Assembly: GCA_964507185.1 (NCBI GenBank)
Contig: CAZDOY010000014.1
Location: 3,298-67,297 of the forward strand
Origin: an uncultured Thermoanaerobaculia bacterium
Lineage (GTDB): Bacteria; Acidobacteriota; UBA4820; DSQY01
Direction of reading: 5' to 3'
DNA: 64,000 nucleotides
Shown: one piece after another, positions 18,349 to 27,639 of the stretch
Layout: every line of letters begins with the position of its first letter
Position numbering within the stretch: the first letter of the stretch is position 1
Program-made: the position numbers and the translations under genes
The notes under the pieces: generated by a model
Seen by the model: only the letters and a program-made list of their open reading frames with translations
The model's database searches: none
Told to the model about the DNA's origin: nothing

Positions 18349-20327
18349 CAGCGCCGCGAGGGTCGCACGCCCCGTCTCCCGCTGTTCTTGACCAGCAGAA
18401 TGTGGGCGGGCTGCTTCTGCGGGGCCAGTTCGACGAAGTTCCTCGCCCCGTTCCAGGCGTAGGTCTCCCCGCCCAGCAGGTCCTCCACGCTGAATGCCGC
18501 CCCGTCGACCGCCAGGTCCTCGAGCTTCAGGTTCGTCCATCCCGACTGTCGATTGCGCGGATCGAGGTTCACCACCGTCAGGATGACGTTCGTCCCGTTC
18601 TCGGTGCGCTTGCTGTAGGCGAGGAGCTGGGGATTGTCGGTGTCGTGAAAGACCAGGCCGTCGTTGGCCTGCAGGGCGGGGTTGTCCCGCCGGATGCCGT
18701 TCACCCTTGCGATCAGCTCCCGCAGGCTGTCCGGGCGGTCCCTGTCCCAGTGCCTGATCTCGTATTTTTCCGAGTTCCGGTATTCTTCGCTCCCCGGCCG
18801 CCGCGGCGTGCCGACGCAGAGCTCGAACGCGGGACCGTAAATGCCGTAACTGGCGCCCAGGGTGGCCGCGAGCACAAGCCTGACGGCGAACGCGGGCCGC
18901 CCGCCCGTCTGCAGGTATTCGTGGAGAATGTCCGGCGTGTTCGCGAAGAAGTTGGGCCTGAAGAAATCCCTGACCGGCGGGCGGGTCAGTTCGGTCAGGT
19001 ACTCCCTGAGTTCCCACCCCTGGTTTCGCCACGTGAAGTAGGAGTAGGACTGCGTGAATCCGATCATGGCCAGATGATACATCACCTTCGGACGCGTGAA
19101 GGCTTCCGACAGGAAGATCGTGCCCGGATGCGCGCGCTTGATGCCCCCGATGCACCATTCCCAGAATCGAAAGGCCTTCGTGTGCGGGTTGTCCACGCGG
19201 AAGATCCCTACCCCGTTGTCGATCCAGAACTCGAACACGCTCCTGAGTTCCTTCCAGAGCGCTTTCCAGTCCCGGCATTCCAGGTCCAGGGGATAGATGT
19301 CCTCGTACTTCTTAGGTGGGTTCTCGGCGAAGCGGATCGACCCGTCCGGCCGGCTCTTGAACCAGTCCGGATGATCCTTGACGTACGGGTGGTCCGGTGA
19401 GCACTGGAATGCCACGTCCAGGGCGATCTCCAATCCGTACCCGCGCGCCGCTTCCACCAGCGTCCTGAAATCTTCGAGCGTGCCCAGCTCCGGATGGATC
19501 GCCTTGAATCCGCCGAGTTCGCTCCCGATGGCCCACGGGCTGCCCGGGTCCCCGGGGCGGCACTCGAGGGCGTTGTTCGCCCCCTTCCTGTTCGTGACGC
19601 CTATGGGGTGAATGGGGGGCAGGTACAGCACGTCGAAGCCCATGGATGCGACGTAGGGAAGGACGTCCACGCAATCCATGAAGGTCCCGTGCCTGCCGGG
19701 TTTGGAGGAACACGACCGCGGAAACATTTCGTACCAGGAGCCGAAACGGGCCCGCGGCCTGTCGACGGTTGCGCGAAGAACGCGCGGATAAACGGACGCG
19801 TTTTTCCGCTCGTCGAGCGACAACATGAGGCCCGCCGTACGGGGCTCCGCCGCCCTCTCGAAGCGCTTTTCCGGGGCCGCATCGCCCGTCATGAAATCCG
19901 CGATCGTCTCCAGATATTTGCGGTCCGGTGCCGAGGCCCGTCCCGACGCTTCGCGCAGAAGGGAGGCGCCCTCGAGGAACTCCGGATCGACGTCCATGCC
20001 CGCCTCGATCTTCTTTGCCGTGTGGCCGCACCACGTCCGGAAGCGGTCGATCCAGGCGAGGACCGTGTATTCGTAGGGAGCCAGTTCCGTGACCTGAAAA
20101 CGTCCGGTCCACCGGTCGTTTACCATCGGCTCCATCCGAACCTCGGTCCACTTTCTCCGTCCCCTGCGCCTGTATCGGAGCAGGCAGGTGATGACGTCGT
20201 ATCCGTCGGCGAACGCATCCGCCTCCACGACCATCCACTCGCCCACCACGCGTTTGGCCGGATAGAGCCCTTCTTCGACCTCGGGGCTGACGTTCTTGAT
20301 GACGACCCTCTTCATAGCGTCTTCCAT
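18348..20327 (-). CDS. glgE: Alpha-1,4-glucan:maltose-1-phosphate maltosyltransferase
   Basis: SWYEMFPRS, YLPPIHPIG, PGSPWAIG, FAENPPKKYEDIYP, FRVDNPHTK, FLSEAFTRP, NTPDILH, SEKYEIR. Confidence 0.95.
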   Translation of the reverse strand: MEDAMKRVVIKNVSPEVEEGLYPAKRVVGEWMVVEADAFADGYDVITCLLRYRRRGRRKWTEVRMEPMVNDRWTGRFQVTELAPYEYTVLAWIDRFRTWCGHTAKKIEAGMDVDPEFLEGASLLREASGRASAPDRKYLETIADFMTGDAAPEKRFERAAEPRTAGLMLSLDERKNASVYPRVLRATVDRPRARFGSWYEMFPRSCSSKPGRHGTFMDCVDVLPYVASMGFDVLYLPPIHPIGVTNRKGANNALECRPGDPGSPWAIGSELGGFKAIHPELGTLEDFRTLVEAARGYGLEIALDVAFQCSPDHPYVKDHPDWFKSRPDGSIRFAENPPKKYEDIYPLDLECRDWKALWKELRSVFEFWIDNGVGIFRVDNPHTKAFRFWEWCIGGIKRAHPGTIFLSEAFTRPKVMYHLAMIGFTQSYSYFTWRNQGWELREYLTELTRPPVRDFFRPNFFANTPDILHEYLQTGGRPAFAVRLVLAATLGASYGIYGPAFELCVGTPRRPGSEEYRNSEKYEIRHWDRDRPDSLRELIARVNGIRRDNPALQANDGLVFHDTDNPQLLAYSKRTENGTNVILTVVNLDPRNRQSGWTNLKLEDLAVDGAAFSVEDLLGGETYAWNGARNFVELAPQKQPAHILLVKNSGRRGVRPSRR

Positions 20328-20517
20328 TGCCGGTTTCTCCGATGAGGTTTTCCCGGCCGGTCTTTTCCGGCCATCCGGTCGACCGCCGCCCTCCGACCAG
20401 TGAAAACGCCGCCTCCTGGGGGGAATTCCGCCGTTGCGGCTTCCGGGGAACAGCGGCTTTGGGCCTTGCCCCGCCGAATCTTCCGCCAGACGGGTGTTAG
20501 GGCTTGTCTACCGTTGG

Positions 20518-20547
20518 AGTCTAACCGCGCGCTTCGTTTCCTGTCAA
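20518..20547 (-). promoter_or_regulatory. sigma70-type promoter candidate for the glgE operon
   Basis: TTGACA-N18-TAGACT on the minus strand, about 190 nt upstream of glgE. Confidence 0.5.
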
Positions 20548-20617
20548 TCGCGAGCCGCGGAATCCAGGACTGTTCCGTTCGTGGACGGCGCCGGAGCCCA
20601 GGGGCTTCCGCAACAGC

Positions 20618-22381
20618 CTATTCGCCGTGAGCCGGCGGCTCGAGCTTGCCCTCCGCGACGTAGGCCAGGGTCATTTTTCTGACCACGCCGGTGAGCAGCA
20701 GGATCGCGATGAGGTTTGGAACGGCCATGAAAGCGAGCGCGATGTCGCTGAAGGTCCACACCAGCTCGAGCGAATAGACCGCGCCGATGAACTGCATGGC
20801 GCAGAAGAGAATTCTGTAGGGCAGTATCCAGCGGTCGCCGAAGAGATACTGCGTGGCCCTGTCGCCGTAGTAGGAGGCGCTGATAGCCGTCGACAGGGCG
20901 AAGAGAAAGACCGCGATGGTCACCAGGAAATTGCCGTGATTGCCCGCCAGGCGACCGAGCCCCTTCTGGAAGGCCCAGGAGGTCAGCGGGGACCCGTTCT
21001 GCAGGGCCTTGCCCTCGATCCAAACCCGGGACGCATCCACGCGACGGCCCTTTTCGTTCCGGAAGGCGGCCAGGGCGAAATCCCCTTGGGCGCCCGCCGG
21101 TATTCTGACCGTCCCCGAGAACGGCGCCGCACCCGAGGTATCGAGCGCATGCGCTCCGACGAGGATCTCCATGTCGTCGACGGTGCCGTTCTCCCTGACG
21201 ATGCCGAAGCCAGCCGGCCGCCCGGCCGCCACCCTGAAGGTGCCCGATGCTATGTCTCCCCGCCTGACGACGCCGTCCCTGTGCACGGTGGCCCCGGCGA
21301 CGACGGCCGTGAGAGAGGATTGTTCGGTCACGGCCAGTTTCTGCGCCTGCTTCTGGGTCCAGACGCCCGTCGTCAGTATGACCAGGCCCGTAATGGTGCA
21401 CACCACCAATGTATCGACGAAGGGACCGAGCATCGCCACAACGCCTTCCCGCACGGGCTCATCCGTCCTGGCCGCGGCGTGGACGATGGGCGCCGACCCG
21501 AGGCCGGACTCGTTGGAAAACAGTCCCCGCTTGACGCCCCAGGTCAGCAGAAAGACGAAACCTCCGCCGGCGAACCCTCCGACCTCTGCGGCCGGCCGGA
21601 AGGCCGACACAACGATCAGCCTGAGGGTGGGCAGGATCTGGCCGGCGTTGAGCACGAGGACGGCCAGCCCTGCGACGATGTAGAGGAGGCACATGAAAGG
21701 GACGAGCTTCGAGGTGACCTTACCTATGCGGCGTATCCCGCCGAGAATGACCGCCGCAACCAGGACCGCCATGATCAAACCGGTGAGAATGGTGGGAATC
21801 CTGAGATCCTGGCGGAACTGGTCGGCGACCGTGAAGGATTGGACCGCATCCCCCATACCCAGGGGCGTGATGGCCGTGGCCACGGCGAAGGCGACGGCCA
21901 TGGGCTTCCAGCTCTTACCCAGGCCTCTCTCGATGTAGTACATGGGACCGCCCGAGGCTTCCCCCTTGGGGGATATCTTCCTGAAGCGCTGGGCGAGGGT
22001 GCACTCCGTGAACTTCAGCGCCATGCCGAGAACGGCCGTCACCCACATCCAGAAGAGCGTGCCGGGACCGCCGTAGTGAATCGCGGTCGCCACACCCGCG
22101 ATATTGGCAATGCCGATGGTCGCGGACAGAGCCGTGGAGAGAGCCTGGAAGTGCGTCAGGTCGCCCTCGTGGTGAGGGTCGTCGTAGTCGCCCTTCAGAA
22201 CCCGGATCCCGTGCCAGAAGCGCCTGACCTGGATGCCGCGCAGCCTTATGGTCGTGACGATGCCCGTGCCGACGAGCAGCAGAACCATGAGGGGCATGGC
22301 CGAGGGCCAATCCCACACGTAGCGGTTCAGGCCGAAAAGAATCGTCTTAAGAGCGTCGATCAGACCAGCAAATAAGGGCAC
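20618..22381 (-). CDS. agcS: Alanine/glycine:cation symporter (AGCS family) with a large extramembrane insertion
   Basis: FQALSTALSATIGIANIAGVATAI..GGPGTLFWMW; GGPMYYI; RGLFSNESGLGSAPI; GPFVDTLVVCTITGLVI. Confidence 0.92.
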   Translation of the reverse strand: MPLFAGLIDALKTILFGLNRYVWDWPSAMPLMVLLLVGTGIVTTIRLRGIQVRRFWHGIRVLKGDYDDPHHEGDLTHFQALSTALSATIGIANIAGVATAIHYGGPGTLFWMWVTAVLGMALKFTECTLAQRFRKISPKGEASGGPMYYIERGLGKSWKPMAVAFAVATAITPLGMGDAVQSFTVADQFRQDLRIPTILTGLIMAVLVAAVILGGIRRIGKVTSKLVPFMCLLYIVAGLAVLVLNAGQILPTLRLIVVSAFRPAAEVGGFAGGGFVFLLTWGVKRGLFSNESGLGSAPIVHAAARTDEPVREGVVAMLGPFVDTLVVCTITGLVILTTGVWTQKQAQKLAVTEQSSLTAVVAGATVHRDGVVRRGDIASGTFRVAAGRPAGFGIVRENGTVDDMEILVGAHALDTSGAAPFSGTVRIPAGAQGDFALAAFRNEKGRRVDASRVWIEGKALQNGSPLTSWAFQKGLGRLAGNHGNFLVTIAVFLFALSTAISASYYGDRATQYLFGDRWILPYRILFCAMQFIGAVYSLELVWTFSDIALAFMAVPNLIAILLLTGVVRKMTLAYVAEGKLEPPAHGE

Positions 22382-22447
22382 GGCACCTCGCGGCGTTGCT
22401 TAGTTGACGGGGCGACTCCGTGGAGCCGTTGTGAACGTTGAATTGTA

Positions 22448-22477
22448 ATTATGAGCCGGATCGGGAGTGCCTGTCAA
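22448..22477 (-). promoter_or_regulatory. sigma70-type promoter candidate for agcS
   Basis: TTGACA-N18-CATAAT on the minus strand, about 65 nt upstream of the start. Confidence 0.6.
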
Positions 22478-22526
22478 ATATGCTTTTCAAAGGCGTTCTA
22501 CATCTGGGATTGAACCGGAGCGAGCC

Positions 22527-23291
22527 TTACGAGCGGTCGGACTTCTTGAAGACCGTCACGATACCGAGCGGCTCGCCCTTTTCGTTCCGGATCGCGCCGA
22601 TGCTGCACCCGATCGTCAGGATCCGCCTGTTTCGCCTCAGCTTGTACCACTGGAAGCCGAATCCGATGGCCTCTTCCTTGAGATAACGCGCCCAATAGTT
22701 CTCGACCGGTTCGCCCGTCTCGCTGTCCAGCAGGGGTATGACTTCCTGTATGTCCTGGCCCACGGCCTGTTCGTGGCGCCACCCCGTGAGAGCTTCCGCC
22801 ATCGCGCTCATGAACTTCACCCGCCCCCGCGTATCGGTCGCGATGACGGCCTCTGAGATGCTCCGCAGCGTGGCCATGAGCCACTGCTGGCTTTCGATCA
22901 GCTTCCTCGCGAAGGCGTGCCTGTCGAGGGCCACCTCGATGGCAGCCTGCAGGTCCCTGTCTCTTATGGGTTTGTACACATAGCCGTAAAGGGCCGCGCC
23001 CTTGCTCTTCTTGAGGATCTTCTCGTCCGTGTGCGCCGTCATGTAGATGACGGGGATGTCGTTGCGGGACATGATCTGCTCGGCGGCGGTGATGCCGTCC
23101 ATGAGGCCCGCGAGGACGATGTCCATGATCACCAGGGCGGGGCCGAGTTCGCCCGCTCTCCTGACGGCCTCCTCACCCGTGGTCACGTGCCCGGCCACCG
23201 TGTAGCCCAGCCTGTTAAGCGTCTCCACGATCAGCTTGGCGCTGAGTTTGTCGTCTTCCACGACGAGAATGGAACAAGGCGTCATGATCAT
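22527..23291 (-). CDS. Response regulator receiver plus PAS domain, with no output domain
   Basis: ILVVEDD, VIMDIVL (phospho-Asp), PVIYMTA, YVYKP; then SISEAVIATDTRGRVKFMSAMAEALTGW (PAS). Confidence 0.85.
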   Translation of the reverse strand: MIMTPCSILVVEDDKLSAKLIVETLNRLGYTVAGHVTTGEEAVRRAGELGPALVIMDIVLAGLMDGITAAEQIMSRNDIPVIYMTAHTDEKILKKSKGAALYGYVYKPIRDRDLQAAIEVALDRHAFARKLIESQQWLMATLRSISEAVIATDTRGRVKFMSAMAEALTGWRHEQAVGQDIQEVIPLLDSETGEPVENYWARYLKEEAIGFGFQWYKLRRNRRILTIGCSIGAIRNEKGEPLGIVTVFKKSDRS

Positions 23292-23486
23292 TCTCCTTGT
23301 TTCTGCCAGGGAAGGCAGAACAATAGGGTGATCGACCTGACGGCATACTCTAAAATCTATTATAACCCCTTCTTAGAAAAACACGAAACGCAGTTCGACA
23401 CCCTCCTGTCAGGACGGGGACCGGCGCGGCCGCCCCCCGGACAAACCGTCTGTGCGTGGCGCGGAATGGTCCGGATGCGGGGGGGC

Positions 23487-26294
23487 TCAGCTGCCGCGGA
23501 TCCGGGCCACGAGAAGGGTCATGTCGTCGGTCTGTGGGGCGTCCTCCATGAACGCCTGCACGTCCTGGAACACGGCTCGCCGGAGCGCCTCAGCCGTCCC
23601 ACCGCTCATGGCCGTCAGGACACCCGTAAGCCGACCTTCTCCGTATTCCTCCCCGCTGGGACTCTGTGCCTCCGTGATCCCGTCGGTAAAGACGACCAGG
23701 GTATCTCCGGGCCGCAGGGGCAGGACCGCCTTCGAGTATTTGGCCTGCGGCGACACGCCGAGTACCATCCCGGTAGGCTTGAGCCGGTGCACTTCGTACG
23801 TGGTTTCAGCCTCGCCGTCGACTTTCAGCGCCTCGCCTCCCAGGCTCCTGGCCTCGACGGGCCTGAGCAACATGGGGGGATTGTGGCCCGCGTTGACGTA
23901 GGTGAGCGTCCTCGCTAGCCCGTCGTACAGTCCGAAGAAGAAGGTGGCGAAACGGTTGGTGTCCGTGATCTCGCACAGCAGGCGGTTGATGTCCTGCGCC
24001 AGCAGGTCCACGTTGTCCCCGTGCACGTCGGCGTGGATTCGGAGCATGGTCTGCAGGCTCGCCATGAGGAGCGCAGCCGGCACGCCTTTTCCGCATACGT
24101 CGCCCACCGCCATGCCCAGGCGTTCCGGCCCGACCCGGATGAAGTCGTAGCTGTCTCCTCCGACGCCCCGGGCCGGCATGCAGGCGCCGACATAGTCCAG
24201 GCCGGCTATCTCCGGCGGATTCTGCGGCAAGAGTCTCGTTTGCACGTTCCTCGCGATGGAGATGTCGTGCCGGAGCTTGAGCTGTTCGGCCTCCTGCTGG
24301 ATCGAGGCCGCATAGGCCAGGGTCGATGCCAGTTGCCGTCCGACGCCGAGAAGCAGGTCCTTGTCTTCCCGGGTGTACGGTTCCTCGGATCTCTTTTCGC
24401 CCAGCGTCAGAAAGCCTATCAAGCGCCTGTGCGCGACGAGAGGGACAAGCAGGCTGGTGTTGTAGCGTCTGAACAGCTCTCTTTCGGTCGAGGGCCCGGG
24501 GTGGTAGCTCCGGTCCTTTCTCGTCCCGTCCGGGTCGTGGGGATCGACGCCCAGTACGCAGGGCGTGGAGTCGGCCATGGCCTCCAGGCGGCGGCCCGTC
24601 TGCGATTCCGCCGGCAGGATTTCGGGCGCGCATTCTCCGGCGACACCGTCCACAGCTTCATCTTCCGACCTCAGGTGCCGCCAGAAGCAGACGAAGTCGT
24701 CCGTGGGACCTTCCAGCCGGCCCAGAACCCGGCGCTCGTGCTCGCTTTTGCCGGGCAGTCTGACGATTTCCGTGCCGCGGACAAAGACACCTATCTGGTC
24801 CGGGTGCAAAGAGTCCATGATTTTGCTCGCCGCCATCTGGACGACCCATCCGGGACGCGTGGCGAAGCGTTCGAGATTCTGCCCCAGGTCCGTGAGTATG
24901 AGACGGGCGTCGTAAGCCTCTCTGAAAAAGCGCCTGTCGAGGGCCTGCATGACAGCCTTGTTCATCCGCCGCAGGATGAGCACGAAGACCATCGTGACCA
25001 GGGCCGTGGCCAGGGCCAGCGCCCCGGTGTGCTCGGAAGCGTGAAGTTCGCCGAGAAGGGGGTCCGCCAGATAGAAGATCGCCAGAAAGAGCCCCGCCCC
25101 TTCAAGAAACAGGAACCCCCTGGAGAGAAAGGCGTACTGGAGTCCCCTTCTCAGGATCAGACGAACGCCTAACACTCTGTGCCGGACGACGGCGTATGCG
25201 AAACACATGGGGAAGAGCGCCACGCTCGTTCCGGCCACGAGGTAGGCCCACTCGGGAATCGCACCGGCCCTGACTACGACCCGGCAGAAATAGAGGACGA
25301 GAGCGGGCAGGATGCCGAGCGACCCCGCCAGGAGTATGGCCAGCCTTCTCCTTTCGTCCTGCGCGGCCGCCTTGCGGACATTGAGGATAAGCGAAACGAA
25401 GCCGAGGGCAAACAGGGCGATGAAGAAAACGTCGAGTATTATGTCCAGCCAGCCGAGCGAGGCATCGAGCGCGTGAGAGGCGGTGAAGGATAGCCCCTGG
25501 CTGTAGGCCCACATGATGTTCCAGACGGCGAAGACAAAGGGGAAAACCACAAGGCGGCTCTTGAGTCGCGGAAATCGGCGGTCTATGGGGGAGGGCGAAG
25601 GGTAGACCAGGAAGAAACGCATGAAAAGGTACGACCAGAAGGAAAACAGCGTGGCAGCGACTACCAGGTTTACCTCTCTCAGCCCAGCCGGAAATGAAGC
25701 GTAAGCTCCGGCCGGTGAAGCGTTTGCGAACGCGAAGAACAGGAGGGCCGCGAGAAAGGCCTTCTCGTCCTCGAGTTTCGCCAGGCCGATAAACACTCCG
25801 GTCAGGAGGCACAGAAGGGGCAGTCCGACGCGGAGGGCGAGCGATCCGAGAGGCACGCCCCGGGGTTGTTCGAGGCGGCAGGGCGGGATCTCGACCCTCA
25901 GGGCCTGGGTCCGCCCATCCTCGGCATCACGCTCTATCAGCGCCTGCCAGGGCTTGGCAAAATCAAGTTCTCTCCGTGCCGCGAACAGATCGAAGAGGCC
26001 TTGAACCTGGAATATCCTCCCGTCGCCGTCCCAGACGGCCACAATTCGATCCCCTTTTCGAAGACCCGCTTCAAAGGCCGGCGAGGGCCCCCCCCGCGCG
26101 CCGGCATCCCTCACGGACGACACCGTCAGGGCGTCTCCCGACGTATTCAGAGCCATGCCGACATCCACGAAGGAAGGCGACGACCGGCTCTTGAGGACAA
26201 AGTTGAATTCGAGACCTTGAAAAAGGAGGATGAATCCGGAGAGTACAGCTATACACCAGAACCTTCGACTTCGGGCATAGTCAGAAAGGCGCAT
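23487..26294 (-). CDS. Membrane PP2C/SpoIIE-family Ser/Thr phosphatase with PDZ-like, multi-TM and GAF-like domains
   Basis: AGLRKGDRIVAV (PDZ-like); many TM helices; LLVPL..IGFLTLGEKRSEEPYTRED (GAF-like); VGGDSYD, VGDVCGKG, NAGHNPP, VFTDGITEA, DDMTL (PP2C). Confidence 0.9.
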   Translation of the reverse strand: MRLSDYARSRRFWCIAVLSGFILLFQGLEFNFVLKSRSSPSFVDVGMALNTSGDALTVSSVRDAGARGGPSPAFEAGLRKGDRIVAVWDGDGRIFQVQGLFDLFAARRELDFAKPWQALIERDAEDGRTQALRVEIPPCRLEQPRGVPLGSLALRVGLPLLCLLTGVFIGLAKLEDEKAFLAALLFFAFANASPAGAYASFPAGLREVNLVVAATLFSFWSYLFMRFFLVYPSPSPIDRRFPRLKSRLVVFPFVFAVWNIMWAYSQGLSFTASHALDASLGWLDIILDVFFIALFALGFVSLILNVRKAAAQDERRRLAILLAGSLGILPALVLYFCRVVVRAGAIPEWAYLVAGTSVALFPMCFAYAVVRHRVLGVRLILRRGLQYAFLSRGFLFLEGAGLFLAIFYLADPLLGELHASEHTGALALATALVTMVFVLILRRMNKAVMQALDRRFFREAYDARLILTDLGQNLERFATRPGWVVQMAASKIMDSLHPDQIGVFVRGTEIVRLPGKSEHERRVLGRLEGPTDDFVCFWRHLRSEDEAVDGVAGECAPEILPAESQTGRRLEAMADSTPCVLGVDPHDPDGTRKDRSYHPGPSTERELFRRYNTSLLVPLVAHRRLIGFLTLGEKRSEEPYTREDKDLLLGVGRQLASTLAYAASIQQEAEQLKLRHDISIARNVQTRLLPQNPPEIAGLDYVGACMPARGVGGDSYDFIRVGPERLGMAVGDVCGKGVPAALLMASLQTMLRIHADVHGDNVDLLAQDINRLLCEITDTNRFATFFFGLYDGLARTLTYVNAGHNPPMLLRPVEARSLGGEALKVDGEAETTYEVHRLKPTGMVLGVSPQAKYSKAVLPLRPGDTLVVFTDGITEAQSPSGEEYGEGRLTGVLTAMSGGTAEALRRAVFQDVQAFMEDAPQTDDMTLLVARIRGS

Positions 26295-26585
26295 CCGTAC
26301 CCAGCCTTCCCCCGGCGGGCAGGCCGCGGATCCCCTTGAACATTACTCTTAGGTGGTCCTCCCGAGCTGTCCGAGACGGCCCCCGGGAAGGGACGACGCA
26401 CATCAGGTTGCAAATGACGACCACGCTCTATCAAACGCAGGCGGATCGCCTTTTGTTTCATTCTTTTACTTTTACTTCAGGTTACGCCGAGGCGCCGGAG
26501 GAAGCCGAACGAAGTGCGCCCGCCCGGACCCGCGTCCTTCTTGCGGCGGGGTCCCGGCCCAGGGGAGAACGGCGCCATTCGGGCG

Positions 26586-27026
26586 TCACCGGTCCAGATC
26601 CTCCAGGATTTCGATCGCGGAGGCGACGAAATGAGGGCACACGGAGCCGAAGATCCCATGCTCCCTGGCGGCCCGGTAGTCCACCGGGTCCTTCAGGTCG
26701 TATCCGATCAGTTTTCGGCATACCACCGAACCGTGGCGCGCCTTGAATCTCTCCTGGAAAATCCGTGCCGCCTCGTAGGTTTTGTCGCGCGAGACCTCCT
26801 GCCCTTCGGAAGGGTCCGCGTGGCGAAGTCCCGTCACCATGAGCGCGCCGCTCACGGCCCCGCACGTCTCTCCCAGCCGGCAGATTCCGGCTCCGAATGC
26901 GCAGGCCACGCGGAGGGCGTCGTCGCGTTCGAGGCCCAACCCCGGCGCAAAGGCCGCCAGGACGGCCTGCGCGCAGTTGCAACCGTTTTCGAAGTCCCGC
27001 ACCGCTCTTTCGGACAGCGTACTCAT
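26586..27026 (-). CDS. C-GCAxxG-C-C family putative redox-active protein
   Basis: NCAQAVL, FGAG…TCGAVSG, VCRKL, CPHFV. Confidence 0.88.
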   Translation of the reverse strand: MSTLSERAVRDFENGCNCAQAVLAAFAPGLGLERDDALRVACAFGAGICRLGETCGAVSGALMVTGLRHADPSEGQEVSRDKTYEAARIFQERFKARHGSVVCRKLIGYDLKDPVDYRAAREHGIFGSVCPHFVASAIEILEDLDR

Positions 27027-27155
27027 GGGATGTGTCCCTCCCGGGACAGTCTAACGCAGGCCGCCGTCCGGGCGCACGGCCGAATACATTCGGGACGGAC
27101 GATGTTACTCTTAGGGACAGAGAAATGGTGTTCCGTTACCCGGAGAGGGAGTCGA

Positions 27156-27581
27156 ATGATGGCGTCGAACATGGACGATCCGCTCGAGAAGAGCGACGAG
27201 GAGTGGAGGCGGATACTCGGCCCGGAGGCCTTCGAGGTCTGCCGCAGGAAGGGCACCGAGCGGCCCTTCACCGGGCGGTACTGGAATTTCTGGGAACCGG
27301 GCGCCTACAGATGCGCCTGCTGCGGCAACGAACTCTTTTCCTCGGAGACCAAGTTCGATGCGGGGTGCGGATGGCCGAGCTTCCGGGAGGCCCTTTCGCC
27401 GGGCGCGGTCACGCTCACCCCGGATCTCAGTCACGGCATGCGGCGGACGGAGGTAACGTGCTCCCGGTGCGGCGCGCACCTCGGGCACGTTTTCGACGAT
27501 GGCCCCGGGCCATCCGGAACCCGCTACTGCATAAACTCCCTGTCCGTGCGTCACGAATCCGAGGAGGAAGGCGGGTCATGA
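27156..27581 (+). CDS. msrB: Peptide-methionine (R)-S-oxide reductase
   Basis: GTERPFTG, CACC and CSRC zinc motifs, GCGWPSF, HLGHVFDDGP, RYCINS. Start moved from the ORF-track 26514 to the ATG after GAGAGGGAG. Confidence 0.95.
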   Translation: MMASNMDDPLEKSDEEWRRILGPEAFEVCRRKGTERPFTGRYWNFWEPGAYRCACCGNELFSSETKFDAGCGWPSFREALSPGAVTLTPDLSHGMRRTEVTCSRCGAHLGHVFDDGPGPSGTRYCINSLSVRHESEEEGGS

Positions 27582-27639
27582 GCCGGCGGGACTTTGATCC
27601 ACCTCGATCACCGGCCGGACGTAATCGTTAGGAGCAAGC

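Noticed and set aside
18349-19278. N-terminal extension of the 1441-aa ORF (14953..19278)
   Set aside because: It overlaps glgE in another frame and is Arg/Gly/Pro-rich nonsense. TreS homology starts only after 18348.
22382-22526. Glycine riboswitch expected upstream of agcS
   Set aside because: The leader is only about 65 nt from the candidate promoter and has no aptamer motifs.
27156-27581. Selenocysteine recoding in MsrB
   Set aside because: The catalytic residue is a normal Cys codon (TGC in RYCINS) and there is no in-frame TGA.
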